Part shown: positions 50,901-62,900 of the stretch, piece by piece | Layout of the letters: every line of letters begins with the position of its first letter | How positions within the stretch are numbered: the stretch's first letter is position 1 | NCBI RefSeq assembly: GCF_964355755.1 | Contig: NC_092670.1 | Location: 9,600,201 to 9,664,200 of the forward strand | DNA: 64,000 bases | Origin: Antedon mediterranea | Lineage: Eukaryota; Animalia; Echinodermata | Direction of reading: 5' to 3' | Made by a program: the position numbers and the translations under genes | The notes under the pieces: model-generated | Seen by the model: the letters and a program-made list of their open reading frames with translations, nothing else | What the model was told of the DNA's origin: nothing | Database searches by the model: none

Positions 50901-53900
50901 ATTTTTACCTGAAGTTTTTCAAAACTTAAAAACGGGTAAATGTCACTTAACCTCCTACTGTGACATGTGTTTATTTAAGTCCAACTTTGATAGGCAGGTC
51001 ATTAAACTATTTGATCATTGCTGAATTCTGCTAGTTTTTGCCTGACCATTGACCTTGCATACTGAAGAATGTACCTTGTCCTAATCAATCAATTACAAGA
51101 GAGCTAATAAAATCACAGGGGTATAATAGGATTCAGGTAATTAATCACCTGCTTAGTTGATTTATCTGATAAGGATTTTGACCAAAAAGTTCTAATGGGG
51201 ATGTACACCTTATGTAATGTAATAAAAATCATAAAACTGTCAATAAACCCTTTATTTTGACCTTTGACATATAGCTGGCACAAATATTTTTGGCTTAGAG
51301 CACACTTTTTATATATCAGAAATTGTTGGGCAATTATGGTCTTAGTTGGTTTTAAAATACTCAGACGATACATATTTCTATTCACTTTAATGGACAACTT
51401 TTGCCAAAAAGATCCAGCCACTGATACCCACAGCATTGTCATTTTTTTCAGTAGTTTGCCTTTGGATTTATATAACAAAGAAATATTTAAATAAAAAGAA
51501 AACTTTCATTGTAAAGGTTATTTATTTAATACTACTGGGTTTGGTCAGAATTATGTTTAAATGTTAATAGTAATTACCACATTATTTTACAAATTATTAT
51601 TATTATACTCTTCTAAAAAGCATTGGGCAACAGATCGTTGTTTTTTTTTACTTAAAATTGTATGTACAGTACAGTAGGCCTATAAATAGTTCAGTATGTT
51701 GTACTGTCCCTAGAAAAAAGGTATTTAAAGTTATTTCTGTAAAACTACAGCGTTTAGTCAGTAAAATATGTTTTAGGTAAATTCCAACCATATCATACGT
51801 TGAAAAGTTTTTATTATTTGGCTTATATAAGTTTTAAGTGAAACTCTTAAACAATTGTTTTGTGTTAGTTCGATTAAGTTAAACTTTATTCAATTAAGCA
51901 TGTTGTTTTGGGGTTTTTTTTGCTGCTGGTGGTATCTACAATATCTAAGGTAGGCTATACATGGGGTAAATGGGGTCTCTAGTCGAACTTTAGAGGAGTC
52001 TGCCAGGGCCAAGGCAGTGTACAGATAGTCTGTAATAGGTCATTTGGTATTGCTTACAATGTGCTAAATCATATAACATTGGTTGCTGGTGGTATCTACA
52101 ATATCTAAGCTGGGCTAGTTGGGAAAAGGGGGTTCTCTAGTCTAACTTTAGAGGGGTCTGCCAGGGCCAAGGCAGTGTACAGATAGTCTGTAATAGGTCA
52201 TTTGGTATTGCTTACATTGTGCTAAATCATATAAAATTGGTTGCTGGTAGTATCTACAATATCTAAGCTGGGCTAGTTGGGGGAAGGGGGAGGGGATCTC
52301 GTCTAACTTTAGGGTGTCTGGTACTTGCGATGCAGCAGACAATTAGTCTGTTGTTATCCATTTAGTATTGTATGAACAAAACTTGTTCATTTGGCATTAA
52401 TTTTCAGTGGTACCTCACTCATCTACGCTAGCCCCATTTTAGGCCCTCCCTCGGGGGGTCTGGCGGGCCTATTGTAATTCAATTCAACTTTATTTCGTCC
52501 ACATAGGGAAATATTTTTGAGTGCTTTTCACGTTATATTGACGATTATTTACCTCTAATCATTCACAACTTGCTAGGCCTCAACACACCTGCACACAACA
52601 ATTAATACCGATGTCCACCTTTGTTATGAACAATGGCTGGGCATTCAGCCTGAAATTGCCGGCCTACTCGATTGTAGACGCTGTAGGAACAATGGTACTA
52701 CTCATCTCAAATACAGTGGTGCAAGAGTTCCATACTTTTCAGCTAGATCTTGTGTCTCAACTTTTCAACCTACGCTTATCAAGTGTGGCGACATCGAAGT
52801 CAATCCCGGACCAACGATCGGCCAACATGTTTTGAATTCCACACGCTCTACCACGTCTAGTCATCAAAATCAAAACAATAACAACAACACTCCTAAGCTC
52901 TACTATCAGAACATTAGAAGCATAAAAAATAAATTACCGTAGATGTATAGAACTCTGAATTGCAAGGTCATCTTTTAAATAATTCATTTGACTTCGTTTG
53001 TTTCTCTGAAACATGGCTCAATTCATTTGTTTCCGACTCAGAATTATACTGTCCTGGTTTCACCATACATAGTAAAGACAGAAACGATGGTAGAAGGGGA
53101 GGCGGAATTATGTTGCTTACCTCCAACAAGTTGAAATCGAGACGATTGGTCCATCTTGAACATAAAGATGTGGAATTACTATGGACTGAAATCAAAATGA
53201 GTAAAAGTAAGGTTGTACTTATCGGAGTCGTCTATAGAGCACCAAACAGCAATCGTGAGAGTATTTTAAAAATCGCCCAATTGGTTGAAGATGCAATGTC
53301 TACTTACCCCCGGCATCAACTCATCTTGGTATGAGATCTTAACCTTCCCAACATTAAGTGGACAACTGATGGTACGGGATCAGCATCCACAAATTCAATT
53401 GGTGAATTATTCATTAACAGCTTGTTGAACGGTCTTAATTTGATCCAATGTAATGTAACAATAATATTCTTGATTTAATTTTATGCAATTCTAAGGAACT
53501 TATTTCTGACATTGTTGTTGGTCAAGATATTTTTTCTTCTGACCATCGCTCTCTTATATTGTCTTTAAATTTTTATGTAACCAATATTAGTCATAATAGA
53601 TTATATAGAAAATCTTATAATTTTAAAGCAATTAATAACAGCGACTTTATTGATCATTTCCACAAAGTTCCTTTTGATATCATTAACACCGAAGACAATG
53701 TTGACGATTGTGTTACTGTTTTTTACGATTTAATTGACGCCGCCCTCTGCGATCTTGTCCCCATCAAAACATTCAGACGCCAAATGTCGCCATGGTTTGA
53801 CCATGAAATTAGAGCTATCTTGAAACGTAAAGAACACCTTTTCAGAATGTGGAAAAAACATAAACTAATACACTTTAAAAATGATTTCATTACGGCCAGA

Positions 53901-56900
53901 AAAACGTTCAAAAAGCTTGCCAAAAAGAATTACTCACAATATATCCGTTCCCTCTCTGATAGCATAAAATCTAATCCCAAGCGCTTTTGGACATAGATCA
54001 AGACGAAAACAAAAACGTCGTCTTATCCGTCTGTTTTGAACTACGGGGACAAGGACGCGGAGAGTGCGAAAGATAAAGCTATTTTGTTTAATTCATTTTT
54101 TCATTCTGTTTTTCAAAAATCTAGTTTAAGTATCACTGACCAACATCATGCTCTCCCTGAATCATCTCTTGATTATTTAAGTATACCTGATATTCAGCCG
54201 GATTCTGTTTACAAATTGCTTACGTCTATCAAACCACATAAAGCTTCTGGCTGTGATGAGCTGAGTAACCATGTTTTAAAAGTTTGTGCGAAACCTCTCT
54301 CTATTCCTAACAAATCTCTGACTTTTGGTAAATTCCCATCTTTCTGGAAACAATCTAATGTTGTTCCTATCCACAAATTTGGTTCCAAGAAATCCGTCAC
54401 CAATTACAGACCGATTTCAATTTTGCCTACCATCTCAAAACTTTTCGAACGAGTCATGTATAATCACATTTGGTCCCATGTTCATCCTACCATCTCTCCC
54501 TATCAGCATGGTTTCGTTCCCAACAGGTCATGTGAAACAAATCTTGCTTGTCTTCTGACAACTGTGTATGATGCCATCAAGGGCAGAGCACAATGTGATG
54601 TCATATATACTGACTTCTCAAAAGCTTTTGATTTGGTGCCACACAATCTTCTTATTTTTAAACTTCAACGACTTGGTTTTAATCCTCATCTTTTGTCCTG
54701 GTTCAGAAGCTATTTGGATGGTAGACGTCAACGTGTAGTTATCGATGGCGAGGCATCTGAGTGGCTTCCAGTTCATTCCGGTGTTCCTCAGGGGTCAATC
54801 CTCGGTCCCCTCCTTTTTAATTTGTATGTGAACGATATTCCATCGCTGTTTCGCTATTCAGATTGTCTTATGTTTGCTGACGATCTAAAAATTATTAAAA
54901 TTATCAACAGTTATGAAGATGCTGAAATGCTTCAGGGAGACCTTACTAAATTTAGTTCCTGGTCCACTTGGCATGATGTTAAACTCTTCCAAGTGCAATA
55001 TTTTGTCCTTTACTTTAAATAAAAATAAAATTGTTTATGTCTATTCCGTCGACGACAAACCTATTAATAAGGTGCATCAGCATCGTGATCTCGGTATTAT
55101 TTTAGATAGTTCCCTTACTTTTTCTTTTCATGTTAACATCTTCTAAATAAATGCAATAAGCTGCTTGGGCTGATGTGGCGCAATGGAAAATATCTCAGTC
55201 GTTCTTCCAAAGTTTATCTATATATCACCTTAATCCAACCTAATTTAGACTTTTGTTCTGTTATTTACAATTCAATCTCCAAAACTCAAGCCTCACGTAT
55301 TGACCGACTCTATTCTAGATTTTTGCGCTACATCAGCCACAATCAGAATAACCTTTTTAAATGTAACAATCTTTATAATTGTGATGATACAAAAATATAT
55401 CCCCCTTTATTGCGTAGATGTCACAATGATCTTATTTTTCTTTTTAAATGTCTTCATTCTATTTTTGACTGCAACTTTATCTCCAATTTCGGTATTCGTG
55501 TTCCCGCCCGTAATTTAAGAAACAACAATATCCTTTGTGTTCCCTTTTGTAGAGTCAATGTTCTCAAAAATGGTTACATCAGTAGATTAAGTTTATATTA
55601 TAATAGTTTAGTCCAGGCCCATCCCCATATTGACATTTTTAGTCGCGTGGACGCGACTCTATAGTTCACTATGTCGGTCGGTTGGTCTGTCTGTCTGTCG
55701 GTCCGGTATCACTATGCGTTTTATCGCTTTCTGACCTTATCTTGATATCAGTTTAATCACAGTATATTCCTTATGGCCAGGAATCGATGTGGTTATGTTT
55801 TCACGGTGCGCAATAAAAAATTACGCGGTCTACGCACGATTTAACGAAATCACGTTTGTAATCATATCTTCACAACCATGAATCACAATTAAATAAAATT
55901 TGGTACTCATAAATTTCAGGGCATAAATCATCATATGGCAATACAATAACGTGCGTAGCGCATGTAACGCATGCGTACGCGCGCTTAAAATGTTCAAAAA
56001 TTTATTTTCGATGAAATAAGAGTACGTTTCAGGAAATTTTAAGCATTTACAAAATTGCCATGAGTGCGCATATTTTTGCGCGCGCACTGCGCGTTAAATG
56101 TTTTTACACACTCTTTTTGCACACTCTTTTTGCCCGATTTCTGTTTTCTTGACTTACTTTTCAAATCGAAATTACGTTATACGAGCACGTCAAAAGTGAC
56201 AGGTTACGCACGTGTAAATTAAAAAATATAAATGTTTTTAAACATTTCAACATTTTTAAACATGTTCAGTAATTTCGGTCAGTATAGTTCACTATGTCGG
56301 TCAGTATAGTTCACTATGTCGGTCGGTCTGTCTGTCGGTCCGGTATCACTATGCATTGTAACACGCGACTTAATGGCTGTTGGCCTTGTTAATTCCAATC
56401 TTTATCTGTTTCGTCGTAATTTAAGTGTTTCTGAGTTGTTGTAATTGTATTGTATCTGTTAAACCAAGCTGTAAGTGGCGAATTTGTTTCTGCTGTTGTT
56501 TCTGGTTTAAAAAAAAAAAAAAAATATATATATATATAAAACGTTTTATATAAAAATAATTAATTACAATATTTAAAAACACTATATATTATTTAACAAT
56601 GTACTAAGTATGAACATAAAACTACTTTTGACTATATATATAATAAAAAACCGCAATACATCAAAAATTACAAATTATGGAATATCATTTAACAGTCTAA
56701 TGGAATACGGAACAAAAGAATTAAAATATCGCATTAGCCTACTATTGCATGATCTCAGCACATTTAGTCTTTTTGATATCATTTTAACATAATATTTATT
56801 TAAAGGGTGGTTTGAGTCGTCGCATATTTTCATAGCCTTCTTATGATTTTGTTGTAAAGGTCATCCAAATTATGTCTAGATCCTGTGATCCTACCTACTT

Positions 56901-59900
56901 TATTTAATATTCGTTGTAATCTGGTTTTTTCTTCTGTTCTACATCCACAGAACCAGGCAACACAACAGAAAGTGAGCACACTCTCAACTATCGAAGAGTA
57001 AAATAAATTTAATACAGTTCTATCTACCCCATAATTTCTCAGTTTTCTGAGAAAGAACAGTCGTGTTTTTCCTTTTTTTATAGTATTTTTACAGTGTTTC
57101 TCCCAGCTAAATTTGTTATCAACAGTCACACCTAGGTATTTGTAGCTTTCAACAGATTCAATTTCCTGATTATTAATTTTTAGGGGAGCTAGAGGAGTAC
57201 ATTTTTTTCGAAAATTAATTATTACTTCTTTGGTTTTCTTTTCGTTTAGTAAGAGGCAATTTGCCTTACACCAATTCGAAAAAGCAACGATTTCATCATG
57301 ATATTCAGTTTCACTAGCTCTGTTTTTTAATAGGCCAACAATGGCGGTGTCATCCGCGTATTTTAAATAATGTATGCTACTAGAAGTTGACTTACAGTCA
57401 TTGGTCTATAAAATAAATAAGAGGGGGCTTAACAGACATCCTTGGGGTGATCCTATATTCGTGTTGATCCTATATTCGTGTTGATCACACTCGACTTATA
57501 GTTACCAAGAGATACCTTCTGTGTTCGATTGCATAAGAAACTTTCAATCCATTTAATTATGGATGGGTTCACCTCTAACTCAATCAACTTATCTATTAAG
57601 ATGGCAGGATTAAAGGTATTAAATGCTGAGGAGAAGTCAGCAAAGGTTACTCTCGCATAACAACTTAAGTTATTTGTATGCTGGTTTAACAGTTGGGTAA
57701 GAGTTAGGATCGCATCATCGACAGATCTGCATGATTGGTATGCAAACTGATATGGATCAATTAAATGGGATAAGGGAGTAATAATTAAGTTACACATAAA
57801 TTTTTCAAAACATTTCATTACTGTCGAGGTTAAGGCTATTGGGCGGTAGTCATTCAAAATCTTAGGGTTTGGAATTTTGGGTACTGGAATAACAGATGCA
57901 TCTTTTCAGACCGATGGTACAATATGATTATCTAACGACAGTTGAAACAGTTAAAAGGAATAGACAGTTCATGGGCACATGTCCTCAGAATACAGCCGCT
58001 AATGTTATCAGGACCACTTGCTTTATTTCGTTTCACTTTTTTGAACAACTTTTCAATTTTCCATGGTTGAATCTTAACTTGTTCGCTAATAATAATATTT
58101 GGAGTCAGATTGGTACAATTGGTAGGACTGGCATTCCCAAATCGCGCAAAGTGCTTGTTTAGGTCATTAACAAATTTATCACCGTCATTATATAGCGAAA
58201 GGTCCATCTTCTTTTTTGCTTTAACACCAGACATAATATTCATACAATTCCAGGCCGCCTTGGCATCTCCAGATTCCATGGAATTTTCAAGCTTTCCTTT
58301 AAATAAATATTTTGCTCTTTTTATTTCATTCTTTATTTCTGCTTTTATAGATTTAATGCGAACTGTATCACCACTTTTAAAGGCATTTGATCGTTCGCGA
58401 ATGAGTGCTTTGACTTTATGCGTAAACCAAGGCTTCTGATTTGGATAAAAGGTGACACGTTTAGTTTCAACACATAATTCCTCGCAAAATGAGATATAAT
58501 CATTCACAACTTGTACTGCTGAATTAAGGTCACTGGCTGTATCAATAAGTGCTGACCAATCAGTAGACTGGAAACATTCCTGTAGCTTTTCTATTGCCTC
58601 ACTATTTCGAACTTTAATTATTTTCCTGGTAGGCTTTTCCGCTCTAATTTTTTGTCTATATGTTGGTAACAGGGTAATGACATTATGATCAGAACTTGCA
58701 GAAGCGTTGATAATACATCTATAGGCTTTGTTTAAATTACAGAAGCACTGGTCCAGGATATTCTCGTCTCGAGTAGGTTTCAACTTCAACTTCAACTTTA
58801 TTTTCCAATGTTGTTTTACAATGATAAATAATATTAAATTTTAAAACCTAAGGAAGGAGCTAGAAAATAGTGTAAACACTAATCAAGTCCAGCCCCTTTT
58901 ACATAAATTATACTTAACTAAATTTTTACAACTATGGGCAATAATTTCTTTCAGGCCTACAAATAATAAAAACTTAATAAGTTAAAACAATCCCATTTAT
59001 ATATATTAAAATTTAAATATTACTACACTTTTTCATAAATAAGATAAATAAAATAAATAATTATATAACTAAAGTAAGAATTGCTTTAATTTCCGTTTAA
59101 ATATAATTTTAGAGTCATGTTTAGTATTTTCTGGTATCTCGTTCCATGAATTAGCACCAGAATATCGGACAGAAAATTGACCAACATTACTTTTGTATTT
59201 TGGAATAGCAAGATTGAAATCTCGTTGAGTGACGATGCTGGGCATGTGAAAAATATTCTGGAATTCCCACGGGAAACCTGTCATTAATACTATCATGAAC
59301 AAATAAAACTAACTGAAATGTATGTTGCTTATAAATATTTAGTATCCCCAGTTCTGTAAATAATGATGATGTATGTGCTAATCTATCAGAGTGTGTTATA
59401 GTGCGTACAATTCGTTTTTGGTTAAGGTGTATAGGTTTTAAATTTGTTGAATATGTGTTCCCCCGAGCATATGATATATGGGGTAGAATAAAACAATTGT
59501 ATAAGAGTAATAAAATTGACTGAGGAACACAATTTCTCAGTTTATAGAGCACACCTGCTTTGGAACTAACAATTTTGTTGACCTTATTAATTTGATTTTT
59601 CCATGTGAGTTTTTTGTCAAGTGTGACCCCTATATACACGGTTGATTCTACTTCGTCAATTTCTGTTCCTTTAACATGTATTGCTCCGTTAGTTTTAATA
59701 GCCGTGTGTTTACCATGGAAAATTGTATACTCTGTCTTTTTTGTATTAATGGTTAATTATTTAAATCACACCAGTCCACAATATTTTTAAATTTGCTATC
59801 TATATACTGCATGTCAATATCATCATGTATGGAACAAACTGGTATCGTCTGCAAATAAACGAATATCAAAGTAGTCAGTCACATGAGCAATGTCATTGAT

Positions 59901-62900
59901 ATATATAAGGAACAACGTACTTTTTGAAAGTAGGCAACGCTTTCTTTATTTCTTTACCACTGGTTTATATCTCCAAGTACGAATTTAGGGGAATCAGGGG
60001 ACGCCTCTGATATATTACTCACAGTATCTCCGACAATACGAGCGGCTTCATCCGCATTTGCGTCGGGTGAAACATAAATCAGGATCACATGGATTTGATT
60101 AAACTCCCTAGGAAGGTAGTACGGTCTAAGCGATATGCATAAAAGCTCGATATTTCTCTCACAGATTGATTTTTTTACATTAATATTTGTGCACCAATTT
60201 CTGTTTATATATTTACCTAGACCTCCTCCGCATTTCTTGCCGCATAGCTCTGGGATCCGGTCATTTCTGAATAATTGGAAACCATTTAAATCTACAGCAC
60301 TTTCAGGGGTTTCCGTCTTTAGCCAGGTCTCGGTAAGACCAATTATGCATGAGTTTCTAAAGTATGTATCATATTTGACTAGGCTCTGGAATTCTTAGAT
60401 TTTATTCAGTACTGACCTCGTATTTGTAAAAGTAATCTGCGGTAATGCTAGAGTGCTTCTTCGCTTTTGTAATCTGTGTTGTATTCCTCCACGATGGCCT
60501 TTGCGGGTAGGATCGTTTCGCTTAGACACCCAGTCCGGGAGACCAAGAGCAATATCCTCCGAGCTTGGCGCGCTTTCAAGGGATTTCTTCCCGAGCGTGA
60601 ACAGCAGGCAGCGAGAATAGACAACAGTTGTAGGCTTAGCTTCAACCAATTTGATAGTCGACGAAACAATCAAATAATACATAAATATCACCAAACTGTA
60701 GTTCCACAACATGTTCACAACACAAGTACGCCACGATTTCAAACGATTATATGTAAAACTTGTTAAAATATAAGGATTTAAAATACTATTAAACAGAGCT
60801 GTGAAAAAGACACTCTTGACGCAAGCAGTGCAGCGCCATCAAAAAAGTCTGTCGTTTGTGATACTGGTATAAGGATGCCAATGGGCATCCCATGATGATG
60901 GTAAAATTAGGTGGTATCTCTCTCATCTAACCGGTGGCGATTTTTTAGCACCTTTCGGGTCCCCCCGGTCTAGACGCAGCAGGGGGTACCCGGCAGACTC
61001 CCATTTTCATTGACTTCAAGTGACCCCCAACACACTTAAATAGTCAGATATTGGTACCTAGCTCATCTAACCAAATGTCTCTGGGCTGCCGGTCCATATA
61101 GTTTTAAAGTGAAATATTGCAAGAGTTTAAATTTGGTATTATAGCATAATAATTTGGGCAGTCTATGTGTGTGGAGACAGCGTGACTTTCCCTATCCATA
61201 AATTAAAAGTATACAGTACTAACAACATTAGTGTTTAAGAATTGAGAAGTTTGATTTGATTGTACTAACTAAAAGGTCCATGTTTCCATTTTCTTACCTC
61301 AGCCCCAACCATAATTGGACTGAGGTGGTGCAGAAGACCCCTCACTTAACCGCGCCTACCATTGAAATTGGCTCGACCTATGTGTATATTTCATATTCAA
61401 ATATCTTTTTAAGGTTGTATACATTTCCAAGCTGGAACTTTGATACGATTTTTACATAACTGAATTTCTGGTCAACTATAGGTTCATATTTTCAAAATAT
61501 CCTTAGCCAATGAGGTTGAGAATTCTCTCCTAATCGCCACCTCTTCCACTGAAAACCATCATCCACAGAGCCGATGTATTTGAAACTTAATACACATACA
61601 AATTAATCGTAATTGGTTGGTCTATCAAAGGCCTCCAAATATTGTTTAAGGGCCTAGAGTAGCCTACCGTATGGTGGTCAATTTATCATGTGATACCTGA
61701 AAAGAAAGGCCCTGAAAAGGAAGGCTCCACTTTTTCATAACATATTTCGTTTTTGAACATATTTATTCCTAGTATTTTGAGACCAAAACTATCACTTTGT
61801 GACCTGGTTGCTAAATATTTCTATGGTCATTTTCTTGATCAGTGGTCATGATATGTCTTTTGGCACTTGGCACACAAAAATGTTTGTACCAGCTTTAGGT
61901 TAAATGTCAAAATAAGGCGTTTTTTAACATTTTGTGTATTTCTGTTGTATTAGAGCAAATATAATTATATATATTGCGAGACTAAAATTATAACTTTCCG
62001 ACTAGTGGTTGCTGAGATATTGATATGGCCATTTTCTTGACCAATGGTCAAAAATAAAGTTTCACGGTCATTTTTGGCAAAATTTGTCTATTAAAGTGAA
62101 TAGAAATATGTATCTTCTGAGTATTTTGACACCAACTACAACCATATCCACCCAACCATTTTTGAGATATGAAAAGTGTGCTCTAAGGAAAAAAATGTTT
62201 GTGCCGGCTATATGTCAAAGGTCAAAAAGTCTGGTTTAAAGTTTGGGGCAACTGGATAATTATTTGTACAATGAAAATTCATCTGTTTTTTGTGGGCAAA
62301 AAGATTTTTTTTGGAGTAAATAGTTCCAAGCCAGGATTTTAGTCAAGGTTAAAAAATTAAAAGGCAAGGAATATTACTTATGTTGTTACAATTTTGTTGT
62401 TTGAACTTGAAAATATTTTTTTTTATTTACAGAACACCGGCAGATTTTGGGTCTGCATCAGATAAAATATGGGCACACTTTGCATCAGCGGGTTGTACTA
62501 AAACATCACGCAACGATTTAATCAAAAAGCAAATCATCAAAGAGGCAGGTTGCATTTACAAACTTCCTTATGAAAATAATGTCAAATTATTAAAGATGTA
62601 TTGTCCCCAAAAATATGAAAAATGAAGATTAATAAAATCAGATTTTGAATAGGCCATTTCGTAGTTTTAATAAAGTTAATCACAATTAATGTTTTCACTT
62701 ATAAAAAAGACAAAACAAACAGTTAAATTCAAACAAAAACCTATTGGCTGGCAGCAAAAATTGCTTTTTTTTGCTTGCAATTACAGTTTTTTTTTAAATA
62801 CATTTTTTTCCCGATCCAATTTTTGGTCAAAGTGAATAACTATTATGGAATATCAAAATGGCATATTCAACAACAAAATTTGAACAAAAATATTTTTTCA

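Larger units (their letters stand above)
52476..60840 (-). mobile_element. Rex1/Babar-clade LINE, apparently full length, disrupted by two insertions
   Basis: 5' GATGGCG start. N-terminus YSRCLLFTL..RKGHRGGIQHRLQKR..LPQITFTNTRSVLNK. APE motifs PTRDENILD and SDHN. RT motifs NDYRPIALTSTVMKCFE, DPYQFAY and FADFSSAFNT. C-terminus RLFFLRKLR..FYSSIVESVLTF. 3' end atttccctatgtggacgaaataaagttgaattgaatt at 52476-52512. A 17-bp duplication frameshifts the RT near 57450. Confidence 0.85.
50389..62230. mobile_element. Older, degenerate Academ-like element (outer shell of the LINE nest)
   Basis: 50690-50810 and 51255-51415 are inverted homologs of 62000-62230, with GACCTTTGAC subrepeats. Left end TAGTAAGGGTA resembles the 19288 terminus. 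It carries the same 160-bp module and a decayed KVPAWKCIQP..HIGRANF..PPQSNYGW segment at ~61295-61450 (-). Right terminus not located. Confidence 0.5.

Noticed and set aside
52960-58795. Active reverse transcriptase genes or a novel RT system
   Set aside because: These are ordinary CR1 and Rex1 ORFs broken by stops, frameshifts and nested insertions.
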